DNA from: Balanoglossus misakiensis
Lineage: Eukaryota; Animalia; Hemichordata
Reading direction: 5' to 3'
Assembly: GCA_040954595.2 (NCBI GenBank)
Contig: CM082590.2
Span: 4,712,001 to 4,776,000 of the forward strand
Length of the DNA: 64,000 bases
In this document: positions 13,217-27,305 of the stretch, piece after piece
Layout of the letters: the number at the start of each line of letters is the position of its first letter
Position numbering within the stretch: position 1 is the stretch's first letter
Notes under the pieces: generated by a model
The model's database searches: none
What the model saw: only the letters and a program-made list of their open reading frames with translations
What the model was told of the DNA's origin: nothing
Position numbers and translations under genes: made by a program

Positions 13217-15392
13217 CACTTGGTTCACACAGGTTATTTGTTTACGATTGTGAAACACTGTTCACTAAATATGGTGCAGCAATTTAATACTGCAGGTTAG
13301 TTCAAAGTTTTCATATCAAGCTACAGTACCTGAAACAAAAATTTGTAATCACTTACACCCCCAACCCTGACACCCCCCCCCCCATACCCGATCATTATCA
13401 ATTAGAACACTTGGCTTCACACTGGTTGTTTGTTTACGATTGTGAAACACTGTTCACTAAATATGGTGCAGCATGTTAATACTGCAGATTAGTTCAAGGT
13501 TTTCATATCAAGCTACAGTACCTGAAACAAAAAATTGTAATCACTGACACCCCCCTCCCCCCTTTCATTATGAATCACAGACACCCCCAACCCCCATCAT
13601 TATGAACACCTTGGTTTCACACAGGTTGTTTGTTTACGATTGTGAAACACTGTTCACTTAATTAACACAAGCATAGTAAAATTTTTAATGATAAAACACA
13701 TCATAGTGCAGCAATTTAATACTGCAGATTAGTTCAAAGTTTTCATATCAAGCCACAGTACCTGAAACAAAAAATTGTAATCACTTACACTCCCACCCCT
13801 GACAACCCCCACCCCCGATCATTACCAATTCGAACACTTGGCTTCACACTGGTTGTTTATTTACGATTATGAAACACTGTTCACTAAATATGGTGCAGCA
13901 TTTTAATACTGCAGGTTAGTTCAAAGTTTTCATATCAAGCCACAGTACCTGAAACAAAAAATTGTAATCACTTACACTCCCACCCCTGACAACCCCCACC
14001 CCCGATCATTACCAATTCGAACACTTGGCTTCACACTGGTTGTTTATTTACGATTATGAAACACTGTTCACTAAATATGGTGCAGCATTTTAATACTGCA
14101 GGTTAGTTCAAAGTTTTCATATCAAGCTACAGTACCTGAAACAAAAATTTGTAATCACTGACACCCCCACCCCTGACACCCCCACCCCCGATCATTACCA
14201 CACTGGCTGTTTGTTTACGATTGTGAAACACTGTTCACAAGCATAGTCAAATTATTAATGATAAAACACATTATGGTGCAGCATTTTAATACTGAAGGTT
14301 AGTTCAAAGTTTTCATATCAAGCTACAGTACCTGAAACAAAAATGTGTGATCACTGACATCCCCCTCCCCCCATCATTATCAATTAGAACACTTGGTTTC
14401 ACACAGGTTGTTTGTTTACGATTGTGAAACACTGTTCACAAGCATAGTCAAATTATTAATGATAAAACACATTATGGTGCAGCATTTTAATACTGCAGGT
14501 TAGTTCAAAGTTTTCATATCAAGGTACAGTACCTGAAACAAAAATTTGTGATCACTGACATCCCCCTCCCCCCATCATTATCAATTAGAACACTTGGTTT
14601 CACACAGGTTGTTTGTTTACGATTGTGAAACACTGTTCACAAGCATAGTCAAATTATTAATGATAAAACACATTATGGTGCAGCATTTTAATACTGCAGG
14701 TTAGTTCAAAGTTTTCATATCAAGCTACAGTACCTGAAACAAAAATTTGTAATCGCTGACACCCCCCACCCCTGACAAAGCCCCCCCCCCCCCCACCCCG
14801 ATCATGATGAACACCTTGGTTCACACAGGTTGTTTGTTTACGATTGTGAAACACTGTTCACTTAATATGGTGCAGCATTTTAATACTGCAGGTTTGTTCA
14901 AAGTTTTCATGTCAAGCTACAGTACCTGAAACAAAAATTTGTGATAACTGACACCCCCCTCCCCTGACAAAGCCCCCCCCAACCCGATCATGATGAACAC
15001 CTTGGTTCACACAGGTTGTTTGTTTACAATTGTGAAACACTGTTCACTAAATATGGTGCAGCATTTTAATACTGCAGGTTTGTTCAAAGTTTTCATGTCA
15101 AGCTACAGTACCTGACACAAAAATTTGTAATCACTGACAACCCCCTTCCCCCATCATTGTCAATAAGAACACTTGGTTTCACACAGGTTGTTTGTTTACG
15201 ATTGTGAAACACTGTGCACTAAATATGGTGCAGCATTTTAATACTGCAGGTTAGTTTAAAGTTCTCATATCAAGCTACAGTACCTGACACAAAAATGTGT
15301 AATCACTGACAACCCCCTTCCCCCATCATTATCAATAAGAACACCTTGGTTTCACACAGGTTGTTTGTTTACAATTGTGAAACACTGTTCAT
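13217..15392. repeat. ~165-240-bp variable satellite with C-rich spacers, ~11 units
   Basis: Core GGTTGTTTGTTTACGATTGTGAAACACTGTT...GTTTTCATATCAAGCTACAGTACCTGAAACAAAAA. Confidence 0.95.
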
Positions 15393-15669
15393 GTTATAAC
15401 ACCACCAATTCCATAGTGTAATATTATTAACTAGTTTGATAAATCAGAAACTTCTGAATGCGTGGTTACTTATACAATATTTCATGTTTGAGAGTGCAAG
15501 GTTATGACATCCCCAAATATGACTGGCCAGGTCAGAATGGGAACACCCACATGTGTGCAAGTTTTAATAAAATACACCTGAGAGCATGACTGCACCCAGC
15601 AGATCACCCATTTACAAAGCTTTGTGTCATTACATGTGGGTATGATATTTTTATTTTTATTTTTATAAG

Positions 15670-15675
15670 TATCAC

Positions 15676-15707
<32 letters not shown>

Positions 15708-16140
15708 CCACCATCACCACCATCATCATCGTCATCATCATCATCATCATCATCAGTATCACCATCTAAACCATCATTATCACCATCTAAACCATCATTA
15801 TCACCATCTAAACCATCATTATCACCATCTAAACCATTATCACCACCATCACCATCAGTATCACCACCATCACCATCAGTATCACCATCACTACCATTAT
15901 TATCACCATCACCATCATTATTATCACTATCATCACCATTATTATCACCATCACCATCATTATTATCACCATCATCACCATCATCATCACCATCACCACC
16001 ATTATTATCATCATCATCACCATCACCACCACTACTATCACCATCATCATCACCATCACCACCATTATTATCTTAATCAGTATCACCAGTACCACCAGAT
16101 TCACCATCATTGTCATCACTATTATCACCACCAGTATTAT
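15670..16140. repeat. (ATC/ACC/ATT)n trinucleotide low-complexity tract; paralog ~39355-39750, other tracts at ~16927-17060, 35810-35960, 40540-40660
   Basis: Direct reading. Confidence 0.95.
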
Positions 16141-18899
16141 CATATTCAACACCACTATGTTACGGTTAAAACTGCTGTACCAGTTAGTACAGATCTCCAT
16201 TTACCATGGTAACTGTATTTAAATTTGCATGCATGCATTTTGTCTGAAACACAGACGAACCCGTTACATGATATATTTTACATGTCAAGCAAAATGGCTG
16301 CTACATTTGTACATTAAAATGATACGAGGCAACAGGGATTCATATGAAGTGCATTCCTAGAAAAAAAGAAAACTTTATTTAGTTCATTTAATAACAGGCA
16401 TATCAATATTTATCTATACCAGTCATAAATTTTCACCAACAGCTCTATGTACTAGGATCATTTTACCCTGGTTTGTACAAACACATTTGCTTTGCAAAAC
16501 TCTGTACACAGAATCACAAAGTATGTAATGCCAACTATGCATAAACGTTAGGCTACCAATTCTGACGAATATTTAAGATGAATGTGACTGATTGTTTAGA
16601 TGAAAATACATCTCTGTGTAACGTATATTTATAGTTAAATTAAACCTTTACTAACATTATTATTTCTGTTATTTTATACCACTACAACCACAATGCCAAA
16701 GCTAACGCTAGTAACAGATACAACATTACACCCATTATTCTGGAGTAAATTAAGACCATTAAGAAACAAATATTAACCACCTATACCACTCAAGACATAT
16801 TCATTCTCCAACCTATTGCGTCTCAAAGTATCCTGAAGATTCACCAAAACCAAACAATACCACATTGACACATGCTCTGCAGAAACTACTATTATTGGTG
16901 TCTTTCTTACACAGATATAAAGAACTAATCATCATCGTCATTGTTACTGTTTTTGTAACATCTTCATCATCATCATTGTCATCATCATCCTCATTATAAT
17001 CATCATCATCATCATTATCATCATCATCACAATCATCATTATCATCATCATCATTGTAGTCATTATTTTTAGTTATTTTATTATCATCCTCCTATTATTC
17101 ATCCTATTATTCCTAATCATTTTTTTTTCATATTACATTTGTCTTTCAATTGTCATTGATTTTAAGAATATTACTGCTCCAATTTCAACGTGACTGGTGT
17201 GATCATCCTCTTTGCCGTAATTTGCATTTGAACATCATGAAGTTAATCCAAACTGAATAGCAGATGCCTACCATGTCGTTTTTAATCCTCCCTACCTTAA
17301 ATAAGTTTTAAGCTACCTAAGTGAGTGATGAAAATCTCATAATATGGTCGACACAATTTCAAGATGGCCGATTTTTGCCATGTTTAAGAAATGGGAGTTC
17401 ATGAGCTAAAGTGATATTGAGTCTTTCTGAATCTTTGTAACAGAAAAAATAACAAAATGTGAAAAAAGTTTAATGAGTTTGATATGTTAAGTACAAAGAC
17501 AGACATGTTTGACCAAAGGAAGTCATAACATACAGTAAACATATCATTTATTCTATCTCTTACTACAGTGAGTTGTCGACTTTTTACCCAGAAAGCAATT
17601 ATTATAATGTGAATTGACCCCCTAGCACAAAGTGAACACCTATTAAAGGCAGCCAGAATTCTGCACCATCTGCCAATTATGCAATATTTAAGCTGTCAAG
17701 TAAAACAATAAAGTAAATCGTATAAAAAATTTTACTTCCCTGCTCAAAGATCGGCTGCAATAATATACATCCATTTCTGTAATCTTCAACTTTTTCCCAC
17801 AAGTCCTGTCGGCTAGATCACATGGAAAGTTCCTCCTGCAATTTAAGAAAGTTGAAAACAATTTTGAGCACAAAATCAAAACTTTCAAAAAATATAGAAA
17901 TCATGGGTAAGAGGAACTCATATGTTTTCATCTTCAAATTTGTATACAGTTGTTTATAAAACTGTTGCCAGTTCTCATCCACATATAAAAATGAGATAAC
18001 TACAGAGCCTTATATTATAATCCTAAATTTGAAAATTTAGGAGAACATTTACTCTAGTTCTAAGCAGGAAAGTTAAAGGACAAAGTCTCTCTTTGCTACC
18101 CTTTTCCCATTAATTATGTTTGATACAAGACACCGTTTATGTTATTCTACATGGGGATATATAGTGAATCAACGTTCAACCACACACACCTTCCATCCCG
18201 CTTGTAGACATGAGAGTGAAAAACTCGCCAAAATGAATAATCAGTGTCTACCATTTATTCATTTTGGGTGAGCTTTCACTCTCATATCATACAAGTGGTA
18301 TGGAATTTGTGTGTTGTTGAACGTACATTCACTACATATACAAATGTTCATTAACATAAACAGTGTGTTGTATCAAACCTAATTAATGGGAAAAGGGCAG
18401 GGAGAGAGAGACTTTGTCCGTTTAACTTCCTAGGCTGAGAATGCTGAAATACTTGAATAGACGCAGACATGGTCAATTGTCAATAGTCTCCTCAGTAAAA
18501 GCCCAGGAAATGTTACCACAGGCAGTTCAACATTAAGATGATACAGTTGGTGTTTGAATCAAGGGTGCTATTCTTTTGAACTTTATGCAAATGTGCAACT
18601 CAGATCATTGACTCAGAACAGCAGCTCACATTGTAAAATATTGGAAAATGCTTCACAAATCATCATTGATAATCATGATCACACCGAAAAAAGATTAGAT
18701 AGCACAATTTTATTCCTACACTTTACATGGGGTGTAGTAAGTTGCAGTGCAGTGTTCAGACTAAAACTGCAATGGAATTCTCTGCAATTCTTACTCTCAA
18801 TCTTGCCTTACTTTATGAATATTTTGTATACTAGTATGATTGTCATAACGGCAACAGAAAAAATGTCCATCTCATTATCAAAAGGCCCTTAAAGTGGAG

Positions 18900-19990
18900 A
18901 CCACCGGCAAAAATGACCTCAAATCTCTGATCCTAGATTCACCACTGCACAAACACACATTGTGTCCGCTGTGGAAAAATCATATTGACAGGCTAAAAAT
19001 ATTGTGTATGGAGACATTTACATAACCAAAACAAAAAAGTCCCACTATTTATACAAAGTATGTTATCAGTGACCAGATGTGTTTGCCAACCTTTATATGC
19101 CAAGGTTCAGAAGCGCAGCTGCAGCTGTTTCTGAGATCTAGGTGAACAAAAAATTAAAATGACTCAAGAAAAAAGAAGAAAAAAACTCCAGTAATTACAG
19201 TAGGGACCCAAGCGCCCTTAGGCGCTTGGGTCCATAATTAAGACCCAAAACACCAAAAATTGCCCCAAGAACACAAATTTCACCGACACTTTTCATTACC
19301 TACTTGAGTTCCCACATGATAATTCCCACAAAATGTCACAGCAATATTGCTTCAAAAGTGGTAAAAACACAAGAATGCAAATATCACCAGAATTGTACAA
19401 TGTCTTACTTCAATCACCATAAGGAATATGCCTACAAAAATTCAAAGCAATCTGACAAACGGTTTCATAGAAAACAATTTTTTGCGCAAAATCCCCCAAA
19501 ATTGCCCCAAGAACACAAATATGGAAATTTCACCAACAAGGTATGTACGACAGCTTACTTTGGTTATCCCTAGGAACATGCCTACCAAAATCCTAATGAT
19601 TCTGGACAAGAGGTTTCAGAGAAATGTATTTTTACCAAAAATCATAAAAATTACCCAAAAATTACAAATATGCAAATTATGCAACAAACTGGAAAAAATG
19701 ACTTAGATTACCTATTGGAAGCTTCATAATAAATTTTAAAGTCATCAACCCATGATTGTTTACAGTCTATAATATAAAAAAAGACTAAAATCTTCATAAA
19801 AATAGAAAATTCATGATATTAACTAAAAACTTTGAGGACTGTGTGAGGTTCAGTGGTTGACATAAGGTACATGCATACCAATTTTCAAAGCAATTTGCCC
19901 AATAGTTGTTGTGTTTCAGAGTTTTGACCAATTTCACATTTTCAAGCTAATTTGCATATTTTTGGGAATGACAACTTCGTTTATCAAGGT
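18900..19990. mobile_element. Non-autonomous Helentron/HINE-like repeat cluster with GC hairpin; most complete in copy B
   Basis: AAGAAGAA tract, then GGACCCAAGCGCC-CTTA-GGCGCTTGGGTCC hairpin at ~19204-19233; internally deleted in copy A (~1403) and copy C (~42940). Classification is inference. Confidence 0.5.
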
Positions 19991-20108
19991 GATATGCCAA
20001 GTGGTTTCCAAGTTTTTTATTTGGATTGACATACATACCATGGGACCTAAACACAACGTTTCAGTCAACTTTATGAGCGTTGCTACTCTAGTGAAATTCA
20101 AGTTGTAA

Positions 20109-20514
20109 CACAGGGAACTGAGTAATTTTGTTATTGTTATTGTTGTTGTTATTGTTGTTGTTGTTGTTGTTGTTGTTAAGATTGGTAATAAAATTTAAAA
20201 AAAAATCAATGTTCATTTCTTGCTATGTTTGTCGATGTAGTAGATAACTGTAAAAAAAACCAACCATAATCGTGGAAAACACGACCTAGGTCGCCGAATG
20301 TCACTACCGTCTTACATACCTGTATGTAAGACGGTAGTGACATTCGGCGACCTAGGTCGTGTTTTCCACGATTATGGTTGGGTTTTTTTTACAGTTATCT
20401 ACAACATCGATAAACATAGCAAGAAATGAACATTGATTTTTTTAAAATTTTATTACCAATCTTAACAACAACAACAACAACAACAACAATAACAAAATTA
20501 CTCAGTTCCCTATG
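20109..20514. mobile_element. Foldback MITE, 7-bp TSD GTTGTAA, copy B only
   Basis: CACAGGGAACTGAG...CTCAGTTCCCTATG; palindrome centred at ~20320; single GTTGTAA at the empty sites ~2052 and ~43666. Confidence 0.92.
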
Positions 20515-23500
20515 GTTGTAATTGCTAGGATAGAAATTTGTCTAGTCATGCTTTATATGGATAGTTTTGGTTAGCTATGGAACTACTGACTATTTGGCTT
20601 GTTGTATGAATACGACTATGAGTAAACATTCATACAAACTCGTTATTATGATATAAAAAGCCTAAAAATGCATCTGAAACCAAATTTTTCGCTTACTATG
20701 AATATGTGTTATAAAATTGAATCCTTCTTCAATGCTGGCCGGGGTCACAAATTATGTCACGGCATGTTTTTTTCGTAAACACGATATTAAATTTAATTAA
20801 ATAGGACCTAATGTACTCACTGAAACGTTCAAGTCGACCAACGATATTCCATGCACACTGTGTAACATCTTCAGAGGGACTCCAGCATAAAATTTGGATT
20901 CAAACGCGCACACAAATCATAATATTCTCGTCAGAGAGATAAAGTCCGCCATGACACCTTGTGACGCAATCGTGTAAGATTCCATTACGTTGGACAACTT
21001 CCAATGCCTGCGCCAGAAATACACAAGAAACTTGAACTGTTCATGATAAAACTTGCACCTGGACCCCTGGCGAATACTTGGAACCAGTATTTCAGGAATA
21101 ATATTCCATTTTGAGGGCTTCGCGCTCCATTCAATCCGAGCGATGGAAGTCAGAAGTTCAAATCGCCCCGCCATGACACCACGACTATACAGCGCCCCCA
21201 ACGCCACCTTTTGTTTTTGTCTCTTCACAGCTCCGAGTCAGCTGGCTCCAAGTACGAGTGTTCATTGCAAGCCGTGTAATATATAAGGCCAGATGGCCCA
21301 GACTGCTATGAAAGTTTCCCCGGGCAGTGTATCTAATACAGCGGATGTTATATAGCGATTCCCTTTCGCTACAGTCACGGTGACGAGCAAAGCCATCCTT
21401 TCCTTTTAGCGTATAGCGCAGTCAGCGTGGGAATGGGCGGGGAACAGACCAGTACTGGAAAGTAAAACTGTAAAAGTAAAACGTCTTTTCATATTTTAAT
21501 AGACGAACTCTGCAAAAGTTTTATTCCCAAACATGAATTTTGAGATATTTAAAACTTGTATTTGATAGCAATTTAGGCCTACACTGGCCTACAGAATCAA
21601 CATTTTTTCACATCGAGTAGGCTCTGATGCGTAACATTATGTACCGATCATGCCGATTTTGGAGAGAAAATTGTCCCCAAATGGCAAATATTTCCCTCAG
21701 CCCATAATTGGTGGGATAAATTCGTAGAGTCTGGTCGGAATGTCGGTTGATGAAGAGACGGGAACACGAGTAGAGTAGATTTAAACGCCAATGATAGGCC
21801 TATGACTTTATTTCAAAAAGGATCAACCGTGGATATACTGGACAAGGCCTGTAGTCCAGGCTGGACCCCACTCTGGAACGAACTCCTTTAGTGTAGAACA
21901 GGGTGTAGAATGAACTGAAATGTGTTGGAACCCCCTAACTTTAGGAGCTGAAATCCACTCCTTTGTATATGCTGTAAAAGAGGCTAGTTATACTTTGCGA
22001 AACAACGAAACAGCGAAACAGCGAAACGACAAAACCATTATTAAAATAGGGGCCAGTCATCAAGACGGTGGCGTATGATTTTATTAAAAGTTTCCAAATT
22101 AAAACGTAAGCGAGCCAAGAAAACTATAGGTCAGATAAATTGTTTTCTCGGAAATTCAACATTAGAATCAAATTTGGCGTTGGAAACAAACGGCGGGTCT
22201 CCAGTTCCTGGTCTGCGGAGTGGTACTATGTAGTGGTAGAGTCGACGTCGTGTGCGCGCAAACGATTCATGCCAAACTGCTACATATACACAGTGAATAT
22301 ACGCTCGCGCACAACGAAACCACAAAAGATCGAAACCTCAAAATGCGGCAGCAACTGACACACACTCTCAAAGCTGGGTACTTCATTTGCATGCATAATT
22401 AGGGGTTTTATTTCAAATGAAGGACGCCCTCATCTCACTATCGGTGACCGTTAGACGATTTTTCAGCGAAGAAAAAATCATCAAAATACAGTTAGAAAGG
22501 TGAGTGATTCTCATGATTTTGGTATCTTCCAAATGTTTAAGGTCTCCGGTTTCGCCCAAGAAAAAAAAAATCGTGAAACTGACGCGTATTTTTTGAAACA
22601 TGGGTTAAATTGTAGGCCTGTGTACATGGACTGCTAAAACACTGCGTCATTTTTGTTGGCAAGCTATTATCATTATTTTATACCCAGAAATGTTGAGATT
22701 TGATATCAAAACATCGATATAAGAGAGATTTTTTGGTGTTCACGAGCATTTGATGTTCGTAATTAGCCATGGAAAAGTCACGATTTTAACCCTGTGAAAT
22801 CCAGCATGGCGGCTGTGTGATGACATTTACGTAGCCTGTACTATGTAGGCTGCAGCATTGATCGCGTTGATGTTAATGGGGATAGACACATTTCGGACAT
22901 GTTTCAAAATTTCCGTCCATGATTGAAAATTTCTACATGTCAAGCAAATTACTTAGCCAACATTTCTTGTTTTACATTTCAGATTTCTGCCAACTGTGTC
23001 CAACCTGGTGACTGCTCGCACAGTCCGTGTCCTTGTCCACTGCATGCAGAGTGACGACCGATAGGCTACTCCCAGTCAAAGCGTACACTATGTACATGTA
23101 TAATGTAATTCCTAGAGGGCGCTGTCTTTTGGGATCCATATTGGAAAATGTCCGCCATGGGTCAATGAATAATTGTACCAAGTTTCATGCTTTTAACCCG
23201 AAGTGCACGATTAAAAAGTATGAATGTCTGTTTCTGGCCACTAGAGGGCGCTGCCATTTTGACTCCATATCAGAAAATGGCCGCCATGGGTCAATGCATA
23301 CGTCTACCAAGTTTCATGCCTTTAACCCAAAGTGCACGATTTTTTGGTTAACTGCCCCCCTTCTATCGTAACTGCTTAAAGCCCCTAGAGCTGCCAAATT
23401 TCACGGATTTTCTTCCACAGTAAAACACTTCAAATATATTCCCTATCCTCTAAAATCCTCACCATTAAGCCATATTACTTGCACTTGCATCAGTTTGTCA

Positions 23501-26500
23501 TCTCTTGGTGATGCATACCACAATAGCTGCGTTCTGTTTGTATGGAGGCTGATTAAACCGTTTTAATACATAGCATTTTCAAATCGCTACATACAGCCAT
23601 AATCGGGCATCGGTAAAGTGTTCACATATACCTATCAGTAAAATAAAATTGTGAAAATAATGCAAAAAGTGGCAGCTATAGAGGCTTGAATGTATTTCCC
23701 CATGTTTTAGGTCTCCATGTTGATTCACAATTTCATGTCAACAAGTTCACATTCTACCACCACATCACATCTACACATCAACTATCACTGTGATAGAAGC
23801 TACCATTTTCAAGTTAAAGATATACAGTCACCGCCAATTTACATACACCCATATATGGCTGAAATAGAGTATTTGCGGGTTCTAAATAACATATGGCGGC
23901 GCTCTTTTTTTTTCGCATGTGCCACCCACTGAAAATCCGTGATTGGCTAGATCTCAAGTTAACGTGGTAACTGTAGCCTAAATTTCCATAGGTGACCGTA
24001 TACCTTCTCTACACGTACTGTTGACTGACACACACAATCCCCTAACTCTCAACACATACATACAAAGACCCAACCCACTCCACGTGTAGTCTCCATGGCC
24101 ATGCCACCTGGCCTGCAGGCGACCACATCCAAAAGCATACACACACACAATACATGTCAATTTTACATGAGGAGCGGCTCATGTACTTTATTCTAAACTT
24201 GAATGATATATAAACTGAAAATTTACCCCGCACCAAAACCCAGAGATAAAACCCTTTTTCAGGATAAGGGGAAAAAACTCTGGGAAAGCGTAGGTAATTC
24301 ACCAACTTTACAAAAATTTCTATTTCTAAATTCATGCCTCTTTGAAAACCCTACTTTCAAGTGAAGATGCTAATCTGTTACACAAAATAGCAGGTTCACA
24401 GAAAGAAAATGTTGGAAGTTTTACAATACCAAGCAAAATTTGGTATTGTAGGTCTAAACTAAAACTGACAAAAATTAATATTTCATCTCTGAATGAATAA
24501 AGTGTTCTCAATAAATCATAATAGGTTTGGTGTTACACTGTTCTAAATGTAGCATTTACAATTAAAGGGCAACTACCTGTAATTTTTGGTACAGAATTGT
24601 TAATATTGACAAATGCATTCAATTGACTTGAATACAATTGTTAACAATAACAATGCTGATTATGCATACCAGAAATCGTGGTGCATACATAGACCAAAAT
24701 TACGTACTGAAAAAATTGTCAAATGTAACACATAGTGGACCTTAATGTCTATAAGAATAAATCTCAAACAATGTCAAGTTAACGTAAATCTTAAATTTCA
24801 TATTAAAATACAAAAAAGAATAAAGTCATACTATTGAACACTGCACACAGCAGTTGAGTCTAAAGTGACTAATGTACTGGGGGCGATCCCAAACAGAAAC
24901 GGCTCATATAGCCATAAATATCCCCACCCTTATAAAGACCCCTTTCTCCTTGGGATGGCTCCTGTGATAAAATGAAACTGTGCTGGACTTGAAGAGATAT
25001 ACACAGGAAACCACATCAGTTACAGCCACTGCGAAGACTTCATTGATGATCCCCCAAAATTGGGGGGAAAATGTAGATGAATGTTGAAATCTTCAAAAGC
25101 AAATTGAAAGTATTTTACTGTCAAAAAAGTGTAAATAATGTGTTGCCTGTAAGCCATGATGCATGATCTCCATGCCATTCAATTTATTAGCAAATTTACT
25201 GATTTACTACCCTCCCCCCGAAATACAAACATAACAATTATGAATATATGGCTTCTGCAAACACATTATTTAGCAAATTAAAATCTTATCTAATAAAGTC
25301 ACTTGAAAATGTGAAAGACCCTCTTAAATTAAGGAAAAGGAGGAATGTTCAAATGTAAAATAACTGAAAACTAAATGTGTATAAAATAGAGAAAACTTCT
25401 TGAAAAGAAGTATATCATTGTAAATAATGTGTTGCCTGTAAGCCATGATGCATGATCTCCATGCCATTCAATTTTTTAGCAAATTTACTGCCCCCCCCCC
25501 CCCCCCCCAAAAATACAATCAAAACAAAACAATGATGAATATATGGCTTCTGGAAACACATTATTTAGCAAATTAAAATCTTATCTGATAAAGTCACTTG
25601 AAAATGTGAAAGACCCTCTTAAATTAAGGAAAAAGAGGAATGTTCAAATGTAAAATAACTGAAAACTAAATGTGTATAAAATAGAGAAAACTTCTTGAAA
25701 AGAAGTATATCATTGTAAATAATGTGTTGCCTGTAAGCCATGATGCATGATCTCCATGCCATTCAATTTTTTAGCGAATTTACTGCCCCCCCCCCCCAAA
25801 AGTACATTCAAAACAAAACAATGATGAATATATGGCTTCTGCAAACACATTATTTAGCAAATTAAAATCTTATCTGATAAAGTCACTTGAAAATGTGAAA
25901 GACCCTCTTAAATTGAGGAAAAAGAGGAATGTTAAAATGTAAAATAACTGAAAACTAAATGTGTATAAAATAGAGAAAACTTCTTAAAAAGAAGTATATC
26001 ATTGTAAATAATGTGTTGCCTGTAAGCCAGGATGCATGATCTCCATGCCATTCAATTTTTTAGCGAATTTACTGCCCCCGCCCCCCAAATACAAACAAAA
26101 CAAAACAATTATGAATACATGGCTTCTGCAAACACATTATTTATGTTCTTATAAAGGAAATTTTCATCAATAAAATCAAAGGACTGTAAACACTTAGACG
26201 ATGCATAAATACTTGGCAATGTCAAGCCAAAGCAAATTACCTCGTCTGATACAGCCATTGGAAAAAAGTTCATTAAAGACCCTCGAACATTGAGGAAAAA
26301 GGCTAAAGATGTGCGTTTAAATAACTCAAAACTGAAAGTGTATAAAATAAAGAAAACTCCACAATGTGAAGTTTTTTTATTGTCAACAAAGTTTAAATAA
26401 TGTGTTGCCTGTAAGCCATGTTGCATAGGCTCAATGCTATTCAATTTAAGAGCAAATTCACCAATATATTCCCCCCCCCTGCCAAAAAACAAAAACAATT

Positions 26501-27305
26501 ATGCCTATATGGCTACTGCAAACACAATATTTATGTATTTAAAAAGAAAAAAAAAATCATCAAAAATCAAAGCACTATAATTCTAGTAATCACACAATGC
26601 ATATACATGCAACGATGCAAATGCATTAAAAGTGTGATATAAAAATACTTAATTATGTCAAGTAAAGGCAAAATCATTAAGGTAATATTAAAGAACCTAC
26701 TTGTGCACTGAGTCTGTTGATTGGGGTCGTCGTTGTGTGGGACTCGCTAGCAATGTGGGGAAAATCTATTGATTATCGACAGACTCAGTGGGCAAGACGT
26801 GACCATAAAATAGATATACCAACATATCGAACTGTTGAATACTACGCAAACAAAAAAAAAACCAACTAATGAACTGATCCCAGGAAACTACACTGGACTT
26901 GAAGGATCTATTGCAAGTTTTAGTGGACTTGAAGTATTTATTGAAATATTTTTCTCATCATGAAATTAAGTTAGTCATGCTAAACTATGGTATTATAAAA
27001 ACATATTGCAATTGAAACCTTCTCATCTGTTATAGCCATTGGAAAAATTCATTAAAGACATACCCTAAAAAAATAGGAAAAAGAACACACACAGATAATA
27101 AAATCCTAAAAATTTTAAAATGCACACACATACATACCGTATTCTTTATTTATAACATGGGAAAGTACAACGGAGCAAGCGACAGACGCGCGCGCGCGCA
27201 AAAACATAAATTGCTTGAAGACGGACTGCAATCTTGGGATTCTTGGGATCTTGTAGAGAACCAGCTTCATCAGATGACCAAAAACATCCTAGGCGCGGAA
27301 AGATT

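Larger units (their letters stand above)
1..17509. repeat. Tandem segmental duplication, copy A
   Basis: TGACCAAAGGAAGTCATA at 1, 17510, 41116; colinear, highly similar sequence. Confidence 0.97.

Noticed and set aside
13217-15392. CRISPR-like repeat/spacer appearance
   Set aside because: The repeat core is too long, spacers are related low-complexity C-tracts, there are no cas genes, and the context is eukaryotic.
15829-16200. Hydrophobic M/V/I-rich ORFs (also 35763-36030 and 39452-39811)
   Set aside because: Translations of ATC/ACC microsatellites.
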